A stretch of 33,093 nt of DNA from Nitrososphaerales archaeon (GCA_049699795.1 JBNAWJ010000022.1:1-33093), one strand, 5' to 3'; positions 1 through 10,260 are shown, counted from the stretch's first letter. Numbers and translations: made by a program. Notes: a model not told the origin generated them from the sequence alone.

Positions 1-87
1 AAAGATTAAAACAGAGGAGGGGCTCAAACAATAAAGAATTAAGCCACAAAGCAAATTTGTTAAAATTCGAATTCAATTTGATGGGTC

Positions 88-228
88 TTGTCGGAGGCTG
101 ACGTTGTAACTGTTAGGAAGAGAGCCGTATGCCCACGTTGTGGGATGACGGTTTATGAGGGTGCAGAGATGTTCAGAAGCCTAACAACCTCTACAAGCCT
201 TAAACCAGAATCCAAAAGCAGGTTATAA
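88..228 (+). pseudogene. Probable truncated zinc-ribbon protein (N-terminal stub), not in ORF track
   Basis: TTG at 88 opens MSEADVVTVRKRAVCPRCGMTVYEGAEM..., with one CPRCG knuckle (130-144). No second CxxC; after ~170 the frame runs antisense into the integrase fragment to TAA at 226-228. Confidence 0.4.
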
Positions 229-633
229 GCCACTTGATACTTTAGCGGATCAGACGCTAATCGCCTCAAGTCCGAAATTATTTGGTCTTCATCTGGAACT
301 TTAATGTCTATGCCCATCTCATCCTTTGGAATAGCCCTTCGCAGTCCGTCCAGAAACTCTTTAAACTGCCCGTTTGGATGGTTAATTTCTAAACATTTAA
401 ACCACGCCCGCATAGCGCGGTTCAAATGATGCCTCTGCCCAGCAGTTAAAGGCGAAAACAATCGCATAACATCCATAGGAGAAGTTATAGGCTGCTTAAC
501 AAACCTATCCAAATAATTCAGCATGTTCCGCGCATTGGCAGGCTCGTAACGCTTAAACTCAAGATACTGCAGAAACATTTGCCTCGTTTCAGGCCAGCTT
601 AAAACAAATCCTTCGCCCGAAACACCGCCAGTA
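153..633 (-). pseudogene. Fragment of an archaeal (SSV/plasmid-type) tyrosine integrase
   Basis: YNLLLDSGLRLVEVVRLL contains the first catalytic Arg box. The ORF stops about 6 codons later and lacks HxxR and the Tyr nucleophile. The frame stays open upstream of ATG 578 (...SWPETRQMFLQYL). Confidence 0.7.
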
Positions 634-648
634 AAATCCCTTGATTCG

Positions 649-885
649 ATGATAAGTTTCTTTGACGCTGATGAAAAAAGAGTAATTGAAGTTCTAAAAG
701 AGGCAGGAGGTAGTATGCTCCAGAAGGAAATTACATGGAAGACAGGCTATTCAAAGGTGAAGACCCATCGCATAGTGCATAGGCTTGCCAAGAGAGGAAT
801 TTTAGAAGTGGAGAAATACTTCAATACGAACAAGGTCAGAATTAAGAACAATTTACTAGGCGAGCCTAATAATATAGGGGAGTAA
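649..885 (+). CDS. Winged-helix HTH protein, probably the C-terminal domain of a membrane-anchored HTH family; may be 5'-truncated
   Basis: DEKRVIEVLKEAGGSMLQKEI...GYSKVKTHRIVHRLAKRGILEVEK is a typical wHTH pattern; no N-terminal membrane part is present. Confidence 0.6.
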   Translation: MISFFDADEKRVIEVLKEAGGSMLQKEITWKTGYSKVKTHRIVHRLAKRGILEVEKYFNTNKVRIKNNLLGEPNNIGE

Positions 886-888
886 TCT

Positions 889-1515
889 TTACTCGGCTTT
901 TCTTAAGCTGAGCAATTGCTTCGCTATCATGAGGTCCTTAGGCGTGTTAATATTGACAAATTCTTCACTATCGATTATGAATATCTCTTGATCTAACTCT
1001 TTCTCGAATTCTTCTCTTTTTACTTTATCCCCATCTAAAACATTTATTCCAGCAGGGACCAATCTCTTACCTTTATAATCAAGAATAAGGTCTATGCTTA
1101 CTCCTAAGCCCTCAAACCTCTCTGCGGGAACCATTACAGCCATGACTGGTTTGTCACAATTTTCATAACGCTCTATGATCCTATCAATAGTCTTGCTCTT
1201 TAGAAGAGGCAAATCTGCTGAAACTGTTATTATATGCTCTAATCTTAACTTCTTTACTGCTTCACGCAAATCTATTACGTAATCCTTGCCAGACGTTTCT
1301 ATTACTTCGATTGAGAGTTCCTTTGATCTCTTGGCTGTTTCAGGAGTATATTTACTAACAGCAACGATTATTCTATCCACTTTTTTAGAATTTTTCAAAG
1401 CCTCTATAACATGCTCTATAAAGGACTTATCATCAATCTTGATCAAAGGCTTCTCTTCTCGATTTTTCATTCTAGTTCCTTTACCGCCAGCCATTATCAA
1501 CGCTGTTACAGCCAT
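889..1515 (-). CDS. cobY: GTP:adenosylcobinamide-phosphate guanylyltransferase
   Basis: NTP-transferase signature ALIMAGGKGTRM...EKPL, ADLPLL, NINTPKDL; overlaps the cobS stop; cob cluster context. Confidence 0.9.
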   Translation of the reverse strand: MAVTALIMAGGKGTRMKNREEKPLIKIDDKSFIEHVIEALKNSKKVDRIIVAVSKYTPETAKRSKELSIEVIETSGKDYVIDLREAVKKLRLEHIITVSADLPLLKSKTIDRIIERYENCDKPVMAVMVPAERFEGLGVSIDLILDYKGKRLVPAGINVLDGDKVKREEFEKELDQEIFIIDSEEFVNINTPKDLMIAKQLLSLRKAE

Positions 1516-2282
1516 GTAATCATCGCCAAGATCATGATCAAAGAGGTCATGCGAGTGATCTCATTCGTAGCCCCAAAGACATCCCCTGTAATGCCTTTGA
1601 AGTGCCTATTAGAGATCAACACTATGATTAGGCTTACGATGATAGATGAGATTATCGCAATAGAACCGATAATGAACATTACGAAATTACTGATGAGCAT
1701 CAAAAGTATCACTACGCTAAAGCATATTATCAAAGGTATTATCAATCGAAGAACTCTATAATTACTATGCATAGCATTTACAACGTAAGTGCCAAGGCCT
1801 TTATGAGCAGACTTTCCAACCCAAGCTAAGATCACCATAGCCAACTTTGCAGAAACTTCAGCCAAAATCAAACTCTGAATAACATTATCAATAGTCAAAA
1901 AAGAGATGCTTAAGGCAGTTGCCATTAAAATTATCAGCCCAAAGGATAGACCGCCGGCTCCAGTCTGCTTATCATGCATGACTTCTATCTTCTTCTCTGG
2001 TGGACCTTGGTACATTATTCCATCTCCAAAGTCTAATAATCCATCTGTATGATGAAGACCAGTTATCAAAAGAATAAAGCCCAAGGTCAGTATTCCAACT
2101 ATTAAGCTAGGTATCAAATGAAGAAGAGACCAGGCGAATATTCCGCTGAGCAGTCCTATTAATAGTCCAACTAAAGGGAAGAGGGGCATATAATTTCCCA
2201 TATCTTCTAATGAGTTATCCTTCCCTACTGGAATTATGGTGAGAAAGGCTATTACGCTCTTTAACCCTTTAACGATCTTCAA
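1506..2282 (-). CDS. cobS: Adenosylcobinamide-GDP ribazoletransferase (cobamide synthase)
   Basis: FLTIIP, TGLHHTDGLLDFGDG, GITGDVFGATNE; polytopic membrane protein. Confidence 0.95.
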   Translation of the reverse strand: MKIVKGLKSVIAFLTIIPVGKDNSLEDMGNYMPLFPLVGLLIGLLSGIFAWSLLHLIPSLIVGILTLGFILLITGLHHTDGLLDFGDGIMYQGPPEKKIEVMHDKQTGAGGLSFGLIILMATALSISFLTIDNVIQSLILAEVSAKLAMVILAWVGKSAHKGLGTYVVNAMHSNYRVLRLIIPLIICFSVVILLMLISNFVMFIIGSIAIISSIIVSLIIVLISNRHFKGITGDVFGATNEITRMTSLIMILAMITWL

Positions 2283-2288
2283 AATCTT

Positions 2289-3410
2289 TCACTTTTCTCT
2301 TGATTTACTATATATTTCAGATAGAACCCCAGCTATCAAGCCACCTATAGCATCGTCGAGAAAAGGTCCTAGTTTCCTTATTATACCAGGTTTCTTCCTC
2401 TCAAGGTAAAGGAAGTTGTAAAAGCCCCATGTCCCTGATATGTAGTTCGCTATAGCTATCCCAATATTTTCATCTGCTATCAAAGATATTGGATCCTTCA
2501 GAAATTCATCTCTGGTTAAACTAGGTATCAACCCTAATTCTCCATCTTCTTGTAATCTAAGAGCAGCTAATATCAAAGCCGATACATTAAAGTCTGATAA
2601 AGCCCTTATCAAACCCTCTCTCAACAATTCTGCTGCTTTTTCTTTACTTTCAACCTCATGAGATGGTATGAATAATTCAAGACCAGCATCTACAATATCA
2701 TCAATAGTTATACCTCTTTCTTCCAACCTTTCTATAATAGGTCTGCTCGATAGAGTACCGTCCTGCTTTTGAATGCCTTCTTTAGTTGCTTCTTTAACAG
2801 TCTTTCCTATCATCATGCCTATCTCAGTACTAGTGCCAGCAAATTCTAAAAGCTCTCCAGTTCCTGTGCATGCCACTGCTATTGCATCAGTAGTAGAACC
2901 AGTTGCAACACTATTAGAGAAATGGCTTCTAATGTCCAACTCTCTTATAGCAACGGTCTTTGCTTCTATAGCGGTTTGTATGCAATTGACCATACAGCCC
3001 TCAGTAAGATTTCCATCGATGAGAAGTATTATGTTGACAGTCCCTACTTTATTGTTTTGAATTGTATCATCGCCGGCTGCAGCTGGATATAATGAAGCAA
3101 AGCCTGCTGTAACCAATGCACTAACAGTCAAATCTTTAGCCTTCTCAACTCTTATGGCCATGTTTGGAATTTCAACAGCAGTCATAAATCCTACAGTATC
3201 ATCAGGCAGTCCTAGACCTTTTGCAACATTTCTCAATACACCTTCAGGATCTTGATGGTCAAAGTTTTTTGGGACATGATGGTTCATTATCGCCCTTGTT
3301 TTGCGCAATCCACCGTTTAATACTGCTGAACTTAGAATCTTCATGGGCTCATCGAATCTTACTACAAGAGTGTTGTTCTGAATCTCACATTTCACTTTTT
3401 TGATCTTCAC
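2289..3410 (-). CDS. cbiZ: Fused adenosylcobinamide amidohydrolase (CbiZ) / alpha-ribazole-phosphate phosphatase (CobZ), CbiS-type
   Basis: N-half LSSAVLNGG, GFMTAV, GTVNI, EAKT, ATGSTTD (CbiZ). C-half DFNVSALILAA, LIADE.IG, YISGTWGFYNF...KPGI...LGPFLDDAIGGLIAG (CobZ). Confidence 0.88.
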   Translation of the reverse strand: MKIKKVKCEIQNNTLVVRFDEPMKILSSAVLNGGLRKTRAIMNHHVPKNFDHQDPEGVLRNVAKGLGLPDDTVGFMTAVEIPNMAIRVEKAKDLTVSALVTAGFASLYPAAAGDDTIQNNKVGTVNIILLIDGNLTEGCMVNCIQTAIEAKTVAIRELDIRSHFSNSVATGSTTDAIAVACTGTGELLEFAGTSTEIGMMIGKTVKEATKEGIQKQDGTLSSRPIIERLEERGITIDDIVDAGLELFIPSHEVESKEKAAELLREGLIRALSDFNVSALILAALRLQEDGELGLIPSLTRDEFLKDPISLIADENIGIAIANYISGTWGFYNFLYLERKKPGIIRKLGPFLDDAIGGLIAGVLSEIYSKSREK

Positions 3411-3424
3411 GTCTATCTTCTTTC

Positions 3425-4402
3425 TTATGGCAGAATCCCTCCAAAAAATCCTTGCATTATTATAATCATCGGCAAAACTATTATCATAACGAATAGAAAA
3501 GTTGTCAGCTTCATTATCCTTATGGCTCTTGGTATATGATCAGGCTTTAAAGAGTTTATAGAATCACCTAGAATGTAAAAGCCAGGCTTCTCTAACTGGG
3601 CATTGAACGCTCCTGCCACTGCTGACATAGTCCAGCCTGCGTTTAGGCTTTCGGTCTTATTCTTATCTCTCTTCAATATCTCCCATGATTTTCTCCAATC
3701 TTCATGTAATAGCCATGCAGATACTACCATCAAAACGGCTGTAATTCTGGCTGGGATATAGTTTGCTAGGCTATCCATTCTTGCTGAAAACCATCCGAGA
3801 TTTACATGCTCTTTATCCTTGTAGCCAACAGTAGAGTCTAGAGTGTTTATTGCTCTATATGCAATAGCCAATGGTAAGCCTAAGATGCTGTAATAGAAGA
3901 GAGAGGAAGTTATACCATCGACAGTACTTTCTGCTACACATTCAACAGTTGCTGATATTATCTTCTGGTCATCGAACTTTGTAGGGTCTCTCCTCACGAT
4001 CCTTCTTAACATTTTCTTTGCATCTTCTATCCTGCCCTCTTCGATGGCTTTTCCTATAGGTCTTGATAATTTGTCCATGCACTTTATAGCAAATGTAGTC
4101 TTTAATAGAAGACCTGCAAATACGATGTAAATTATTATGATAATGTATTGTTTTAAAAGAATCAGCAAAATGTAAACTATCACAGCAGGAATGATGATTA
4201 CGATCAAGCCAAGGATTATGCCTTTTATCTTCTCCATCTTAGGATTACTGTCTTTAAATCTTGGCTTCAAAAACTCTATGGTTTTTCCTATCCATACTGT
4301 TGGATGAAGCTTTTCTGGAGGCTCACCAAATATCAAATCCAAAACTAACGCTAAAAATAGAATGAGTATAGATTCTAGTATGGAAGTAAGATTGAGTAGC
4401 AA
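3425..4402 (-). CDS. cbiB: Adenosylcobinamide-phosphate synthase CbiB
   Basis: LDLIFGEP...HPTVWIG, IVRRD, AESTVDG, YRAINTLDS.VGY, PARITA, SLNAGW. Confidence 0.95.
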   Translation of the reverse strand: MLLNLTSILESILILFLALVLDLIFGEPPEKLHPTVWIGKTIEFLKPRFKDSNPKMEKIKGIILGLIVIIIPAVIVYILLILLKQYIIIIIYIVFAGLLLKTTFAIKCMDKLSRPIGKAIEEGRIEDAKKMLRRIVRRDPTKFDDQKIISATVECVAESTVDGITSSLFYYSILGLPLAIAYRAINTLDSTVGYKDKEHVNLGWFSARMDSLANYIPARITAVLMVVSAWLLHEDWRKSWEILKRDKNKTESLNAGWTMSAVAGAFNAQLEKPGFYILGDSINSLKPDHIPRAIRIMKLTTFLFVMIIVLPMIIIMQGFFGGILP

Positions 4403-4407
4403 ATTTC

Positions 4408-5967
4408 TCAGCCTTTGATAGGAGGAATGTCTAAGATTTCACAAACTCTTCTCATGTCAAGGCTATTCTTTACAACATTAGAGAATTGTCTCAGACTCTT
4501 CTTCCACTCTGCTCTTATATCTCTTATAGTCCTGTTCCTAAATTTCATCTTCTTATTTCTCATCAAGAATTCGATCAAGCCTTTTCTTAAAGGAAGTCTA
4601 TCAAAGATTCCGTGAATATAAGTTCCTAAAATCAATCCATCTTTATCTATTGCGCCATCAAAATCATCAACTTGTTTATCTCCCCTTTTGATTATTCTAA
4701 AGGCTGGTCTAGCATCTTTTCCTAGAGAGGTATTTCCCATGTGAATCTCGTATCCTATGATGGTCTTTCCTATGCATGAATCTAATATGGGACTATCTGC
4801 AAATATCTTGGCAGTAACTCTCTTCGTCAATTTATCATATTCAGAGAATTCTGTTATTACATCGAGAAGTCCTAGACCATCGAATTCTCCTGCTCTTCCT
4901 CCTTCAATGCCCTTCTTGTCTATAATTTTCTTTCCGATGATCTGATAGCCTCCACAAATTCCAAAGATGGGAATTCCTTGCTTTGCCAATCGAACTATCT
5001 CTCTTGATAATCCTTTCTCTTTCAACCATAACAGATCCTGAATGGTATTCTTAGTGCCAGGTATTATTACAGCATCTGGCATTCCAAGCTCTTTCACAGA
5101 TCCAACATAGTGAACATTGATAGATGCTTCTGCCTCTAAAGGATCAAAGTCTGTGAAGTTAGAAATTCTTGGAAGTCTGATTATGGCTATAGTTGCTTTT
5201 TTCTCATCATAACGAAAATCTCTCTCAAGAGACATGGAATCTTCATCAGGCAGTATAAGGTCTTGAATGTAAGGAACTATTCCTAAAACAGGCTTGCCAG
5301 TTATCTGCTCCAATCTCCTTAAACCTGGCTCCAATAATGTAATTTGTCCCCTGAACTTGTTTATTATGAAGCCTTTAACAAGCTCTTTATGCTTGGGCTT
5401 GAGAAGTTCCAAAGTTCCAACTAAACTTGCAAAAGCACCTCCTCGATCTATATCAACTACAAGAAGGACAGGAGCATTAGCTAATTCGGCTATGCTCATA
5501 TTCGCTATATCTTTTTCGTAAAGGTTTATCTCTGCTGGACTACCTGCTCCTTCTATAAATATAATATCATAATCACTCATTAGCCTTGATAATGATGCTT
5601 TTACGCTCTCTATCCCTTCCTTTAGAGCGAATTCTGAGTAGTAATCACTTGCACTAGTATCCTTGTAAGGCTTGCCATGAAGAACTATCTGACAGAACAT
5701 ATCTCCTTTAGGTTTGAGAAGGATTGGGTTCATGTCTGCTGTAGGCTCTATATCACAGGCAAAGGCTTGAAGGGCTTGGGCACGAGCTATCTCCTCACCG
5801 TTTTCGGTAACAAAGGAGTTTAAGGACATATTCTGGGCTTTGAAAGGTGCAACTCTATAACCAGCATCCTTGAAGATTCTACAAAAAGCGGCTACGAAGA
5901 GGCTCTTGCCACAATAAGAAGATGTGCCTTGAACCATTAAAGCTTTGGATTTCTTTGATTTATTCAT
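4408..5967 (-). CDS. cbiP: Cobyric acid synthase CbiP/CobQ
   Basis: QGTSSYCGKS, PFKAQNMSLNS, EGAGSPAEINL, DIDRGG, ISNFTD, GICGGYQ, GYEIH, GTYIHG. Confidence 0.97.
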   Translation of the reverse strand: MNKSKKSKALMVQGTSSYCGKSLFVAAFCRIFKDAGYRVAPFKAQNMSLNSFVTENGEEIARAQALQAFACDIEPTADMNPILLKPKGDMFCQIVLHGKPYKDTSASDYYSEFALKEGIESVKASLSRLMSDYDIIFIEGAGSPAEINLYEKDIANMSIAELANAPVLLVVDIDRGGAFASLVGTLELLKPKHKELVKGFIINKFRGQITLLEPGLRRLEQITGKPVLGIVPYIQDLILPDEDSMSLERDFRYDEKKATIAIIRLPRISNFTDFDPLEAEASINVHYVGSVKELGMPDAVIIPGTKNTIQDLLWLKEKGLSREIVRLAKQGIPIFGICGGYQIIGKKIIDKKGIEGGRAGEFDGLGLLDVITEFSEYDKLTKRVTAKIFADSPILDSCIGKTIIGYEIHMGNTSLGKDARPAFRIIKRGDKQVDDFDGAIDKDGLILGTYIHGIFDRLPLRKGLIEFLMRNKKMKFRNRTIRDIRAEWKKSLRQFSNVVKNSLDMRRVCEILDIPPIKG

Positions 5968-7076
5968 GATCTTGTCACTTTCTTTAATGAACTTATCAGA
6001 TACTCATTCTCCTTTCTCGTCCTTATGGCAACTCTGATGTAATATTCATCAAGCCCTTTGAAAGAATCACAATCTCTAATCAATATTCCAAAGTTCAACA
6101 ATTTACTCTTGAGCTCTTTCGCCTTTAAGCCAGTCTTCTCTATGTTTATCAGAAAGAAGTTAGCATCTGAAGGAGTTACATCAAAGCCTTTGATCTGGCT
6201 CAACTCTCTCATTAGAAAATCTCTCTCTTCTTCAATCAATCTATAAGTCTTATCTGAAAATTCTGAATCTTCCAAGGCTGCTATGGCTGCAACTTCAGCC
6301 AAACAATTTATATTCCAAGGTATCTTCGCCTTCGACATGATTTCTATAACTTCACTATTGCTTACACCATAGCCTATTCTAAGCCCTGTCAGTCCAAAGA
6401 ACTTGGTGAAGGATTTTAGGATGAAAAGATTTTGACAAGAATTGATTTCTCTAATAAGAGATGAGTTCTTTTCTTTAGGAGAAAAATCCATGAAGTCTTC
6501 GTCTAAGAATATTAATGTATCTTCCTTCTCTGCTTTATCAACTATATTAATCAGATCGTTGAACGGTATAAGCAAGCCTGTAGGGTTGTTTGGATTACAT
6601 AGAAAGGCAACTTTCACACCCTTTATTTTTTTAATGAATTCCTTAGTATCGATTTTGAAGTCATGAGTTAAAGGCAAATACTCGATTTTACCATTTGCTT
6701 TCAGTACAGCCATTTCATACTCTCCAAAAGTTGGTGCTGGGATCAGCGCTTTTTCACTATCTCTCATGAATACATCTGTAAAAAGGTAGATTATCTCGGT
6801 TGAGCCATTTCCTATGATCAAATTATCAGGACTTACACCTATGTATTTAGATATGGCTTCTTTAAGAGAAGTGCTACTAGAATCTGGATAGAAAGGAATC
6901 TTCCAAAAGCTGTCCATTATGGCATCTATCGCTTTAGGAGATGGACCTAACGGATTTACGTTAGCGCTAAAATCAAGAACTTTTTTCTGATCATATTCTA
7001 ATTGCCAGACTTCTCCACCATGTACGCACGGCTTCAAATTCTTGATGTGATCCTTGGCTAAATCATATATTCCCAT
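5964..7076 (-). CDS. cobD: L-threonine-O-3-phosphate decarboxylase (PLP)
   Basis: HGG, DFSANVNPLG, GNGSTE, CNPNNPTG, SFTKFFGLTGLRIGY, IRDC; 4-bp overlap with cbiP. Confidence 0.88.
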   Translation of the reverse strand: MGIYDLAKDHIKNLKPCVHGGEVWQLEYDQKKVLDFSANVNPLGPSPKAIDAIMDSFWKIPFYPDSSSTSLKEAISKYIGVSPDNLIIGNGSTEIIYLFTDVFMRDSEKALIPAPTFGEYEMAVLKANGKIEYLPLTHDFKIDTKEFIKKIKGVKVAFLCNPNNPTGLLIPFNDLINIVDKAEKEDTLIFLDEDFMDFSPKEKNSSLIREINSCQNLFILKSFTKFFGLTGLRIGYGVSNSEVIEIMSKAKIPWNINCLAEVAAIAALEDSEFSDKTYRLIEEERDFLMRELSQIKGFDVTPSDANFFLINIEKTGLKAKELKSKLLNFGILIRDCDSFKGLDEYYIRVAIRTRKENEYLISSLKKVTRS

Positions 7077-7164
7077 AAAATTTGTCGCCTTTTAGTTTCA
7101 GTGCATTTTATAGAAGCTTAAAGATTGCTATGGTGCTTTTCGTCATTTCTCACCCGCTTGAGCT

Positions 7165-8445
7165 TTATACATGAATTCCTAGTTTGCATTCCAACTCTTG
7201 GAGAACAGGTAGAACTTCACCGTAGCTCTTGACAAATATTGCGCCTCTTTTCCTCAACTCTATGTAGGAGTCTTGAGCATATCCCCCTGTGAAATCCCTT
7301 TCTTGAATGGGTTTTTCATTGACTATTATCGTCGCCAATCCTTTTTCTAAAGCCATCATAGCAGCTCCAAGGTTCCTAAGATTACCACGACCGAAGGGAG
7401 CATCGCTCAATATTACTACATTTGCATCTTCTATCATTCTTAAATTAGCCTTGTGGGCTTCCTCTGTTATTGAAGAGAAAGGAGCATCACTTACTACAGG
7501 TATGCCTAGAGTGCAAGCCGCTTCGTAATCTGTATCCAATACATTAAGAACTCCTGCACTTACTTTATATCCATGCTCTAATAGCATTCTCATCAAAGAA
7601 GCTCCTGTGCCACCACCACATATTATATGGACTTTTAGGGCTCTTGGCTGAACACTCTTGAGCTCAGGTGTGCACAAAGGTACAACGTAGAGGGAATCGG
7701 TTATGGGATGCCTCTTTACTATTGCGCTTATATGGAAGGCTCTTTTGATATTCTCATCGGTTAGAACAGAGCCTATGGGCCCTATGGAAATCACCTTTCC
7801 TTCACTTAGAAGAATGGCAGAATCACAGAACAAAGATGCAAGGTTTACGTCATGTAATGCTCCTATAGTAATCAGATTTCTTTCTTTTGTAATTCTTTTG
7901 ATAAGACCAAGAACTTCAATTTGGTGCCTTATATCAAGATGGGCTACAGGCTCGTCTAAGAGTAAGACTCTTGCTTCTTGAGCCAAAGCCCTTGCAATCA
8001 GAACCTTTTGCTTCTGGCCATCACTGAGTTCATTGAACCTTCTTGTAACGAAATCCTTTATGTCGAGTATCTCCAAGGCTTTGTTAATACTACCTATGTC
8101 CTTAGAGCTAAGAGAGCCTAACCAGCCTGTCCATGGATGCCTTGCAGTGGCTATTATGTCGAATACTTCCATCTGAGGCGTCTCTATAGCATTTGTGAAG
8201 ACTACGGAGAAAATTTTTGCTAGATCACTCCCTGAAAAGATTTCTAAACTCTTGCCATCGAAGAAGATAGATCCTACCTTTGGCTTGAGCATCCCGCTCA
8301 AGCATTTCAATAATGTTGTTTTACCCGAACCATTTGGACCGAGTAAGCCCACAAAGGCTCCACTTTCAATCTTAGCCGTTACGCTCTCCAATGCCTTTAT
8401 CGATTTATAATTGAAGTTAAGCCCTTCAATTTCAATGTTCACCAT
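7165..8445 (-). CDS. btuD: Corrinoid ABC transporter ATPase with a C-terminal extra domain
   Basis: Walker A GPNGSGKT, signature LSDGQKQ, Walker B LLLDEP, LHD; ~155-aa extension beginning VHIICGGGTG. Confidence 0.85.
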   Translation of the reverse strand: MVNIEIEGLNFNYKSIKALESVTAKIESGAFVGLLGPNGSGKTTLLKCLSGMLKPKVGSIFFDGKSLEIFSGSDLAKIFSVVFTNAIETPQMEVFDIIATARHPWTGWLGSLSSKDIGSINKALEILDIKDFVTRRFNELSDGQKQKVLIARALAQEARVLLLDEPVAHLDIRHQIEVLGLIKRITKERNLITIGALHDVNLASLFCDSAILLSEGKVISIGPIGSVLTDENIKRAFHISAIVKRHPITDSLYVVPLCTPELKSVQPRALKVHIICGGGTGASLMRMLLEHGYKVSAGVLNVLDTDYEAACTLGIPVVSDAPFSSITEEAHKANLRMIEDANVVILSDAPFGRGNLRNLGAAMMALEKGLATIIVNEKPIQERDFTGGYAQDSYIELRKRGAIFVKSYGEVLPVLQELECKLGIHV

Positions 8446-8447
8446 GC

Positions 8448-9497
8448 TTAACCGCCTCTACCTCTTTTGAGCAATAAATAGATGAACAATGGTGCACCTA
8501 TCATAGATGTCACAACTCCTATTGGTAGCTCTGATGGCCTTATTATAGTTCTTGAGAGAGCATCTGACAAGGCTAGAAAAGATGCGCCTATAAGGGCTGA
8601 TGCTGGCATTAAGAATTTGTTGTCATAACCTAGAAGAAGCCTTGCTATATGAGGTATCACCAACCCTACGAACCCTATTATCCCAGCAGACGCAACAGAA
8701 ACTGAGACAAGTATGGCTACAACGATGATAAGATATTGAGTAAGGCTTTTTATGTCCACTCCGAGCTGTTTAGCATACTCTTCTCCTAGCAGTATAGCGT
8801 TAAGACTCTTTACCTTTATGAAAAGTAGAAACAAGCCCAATGGAATAATTATTGCCATTATCTGAACATGGCTCCAATGAGTGGCTGAGAAGCTTCCCAT
8901 CATCCAAGAAAAAATTATGTGAATGTCCTTCAATACTAAATATTGAAGAAAAGTTACCATAGAGGATAAGAGAAAGCTGAAGGCAAGACCTATCAACAAT
9001 ACAGATACTGGTCTTAGACCGAAGGCTTTACTTATCGTGTAAACTAGGAAGGTTGTGAAAAAGGCACCAAAGAAGGCCATGAACGTCATTGTATAGGGAC
9101 CAAGGGGCTGATAAGAAATTCCTAATGCTACTATTATTGAAACTCCAAGAAGGGCTCCACTTGCAATCCCAAGAATATATGGTTCTGCTAGTTGATTTCT
9201 GAACAAAGTTTGCAAACTTACCCCGCTCGTAGCTAGAGCAGCTCCTATGAATAACGTTGCAATAACTCTTGGAAGGCGAACATCGAATAATATCTTTGTA
9301 TACATGCTCTCACTAGGGTTAGAATTGAATAAGATTTCGATGACACTGCTTAATGGTATATCGACAGCGCCTACAGATAAGCCTAAAAGGAAAGAGAAGG
9401 CAAGCAATATAACTAAAGCTAAAAAAATGAGCTTACCTAACTTAACCCTTTTACGATGGTAATCAGATGGACTTGATTCATTATAATGAGAACTCAT
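8448..9497 (-). CDS. btuC: Corrinoid ABC transporter permease (FecCD family)
   Basis: VRLPR, QTLFRN.LAEPYILG, LGEEYAKQLGV, IGFVGLVIPH, ELPIG. Start moved to ATG 9497 to avoid overlap with the upstream gene (stop at 9499). Confidence 0.9.
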   Translation of the reverse strand: MSSHYNESSPSDYHRKRVKLGKLIFLALVILLAFSFLLGLSVGAVDIPLSSVIEILFNSNPSESMYTKILFDVRLPRVIATLFIGAALATSGVSLQTLFRNQLAEPYILGIASGALLGVSIIVALGISYQPLGPYTMTFMAFFGAFFTTFLVYTISKAFGLRPVSVLLIGLAFSFLLSSMVTFLQYLVLKDIHIIFSWMMGSFSATHWSHVQIMAIIIPLGLFLLFIKVKSLNAILLGEEYAKQLGVDIKSLTQYLIIVVAILVSVSVASAGIIGFVGLVIPHIARLLLGYDNKFLMPASALIGASFLALSDALSRTIIRPSELPIGVVTSMIGAPLFIYLLLKRGRGG

Positions 9498-9498
9498 T

Positions 9499-10260
9499 TT
9501 ATCGCTCTTTTTTTGGATAAATGCTAATAACCTCTCTCTTAGTTTTTGTTTCGCTGTGAATATAATGAACATTTTCTAAATGCCTCTTAGCTATCTCTGA
9601 TGCCTTGATCACCTCTTCTGGAGAAGGAGCTCTCCAAGGTGTATCGCTGATAGGGATAAAGCCATCTATTCTATATGGTATAGATGGATCGATGCTTGCA
9701 ATGAATCTAGCTATTCTCTCAATTTCATCGTGCTCGATTAATCCTGGGATCAAGACACTTTCTGCCATCAACTCAATTCGGCTTTTGCTTAGAAGCTTAA
9801 AATTATCTAAAACTGGTTCATTGGTCTGCCCTGTGTAGAATCGATGAATATCATTATCATAAGCCTTAATGCTTACGTAAGTGCTAGAAAGTCCTGCTTC
9901 TTCTAGTTTTTTTATGAAATTTTCATTTAAAATATAGCCATTAGTCAATAAGTGAGTTTTAACATCAAGGGCAGTAAGCATACTGATTATATCTAGTAGC
10001 TCTTTATCAAGAGTAGGCTCTCCTCCTCCTAATATAGCTCTTTTTACATCAATTTCTTTAACTATAGCTCTAAATTCATTCAAAGATAATCTTCTTAAAT
10101 CTTTAATGGCTTGAAGAGCATGCTGATCCTCATCATTAAGATGGCAGTCCCAAATTAATTGCTTTAATATGCATCCTTTACATTGAAAGTTGCATCCTTG
10201 AAAGAAGACATATATAGAGTTGTCATGAGTATGATGTGCGATATGATAAATGTTTGTCAT
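9499..10260 (-). CDS. Radical SAM protein (PFL-activase-like), function unknown
   Basis: GCNFQCKGC (CxxxCxxC), GGGEPT, TNG, SIKA; ATGA overlap with the upstream cbiZ paralogue. Confidence 0.85.
   Translation of the reverse strand: MTNIYHIAHHTHDNSIYVFFQGCNFQCKGCILKQLIWDCHLNDEDQHALQAIKDLRRLSLNEFRAIVKEIDVKRAILGGGEPTLDKELLDIISMLTALDVKTHLLTNGYILNENFIKKLEEAGLSSTYVSIKAYDNDIHRFYTGQTNEPVLDNFKLLSKSRIELMAESVLIPGLIEHDEIERIARFIASIDPSIPYRIDGFIPISDTPWRAPSPEEVIKASEIAKRHLENVHYIHSETKTKREVISIYPKKER

Noticed and set aside
1-660. tRNA or att site next to the integrase fragment
   Set aside because: No cloverleaf, T-loop motif or flanking direct repeat found.
2776-2785. 10-nt match (CCTTCTTTAG) to the predicted TnpB guide inside cbiZ-cobZ
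   Set aside because: Too short, with the guide boundary and TAM unknown; not distinguishable from chance.
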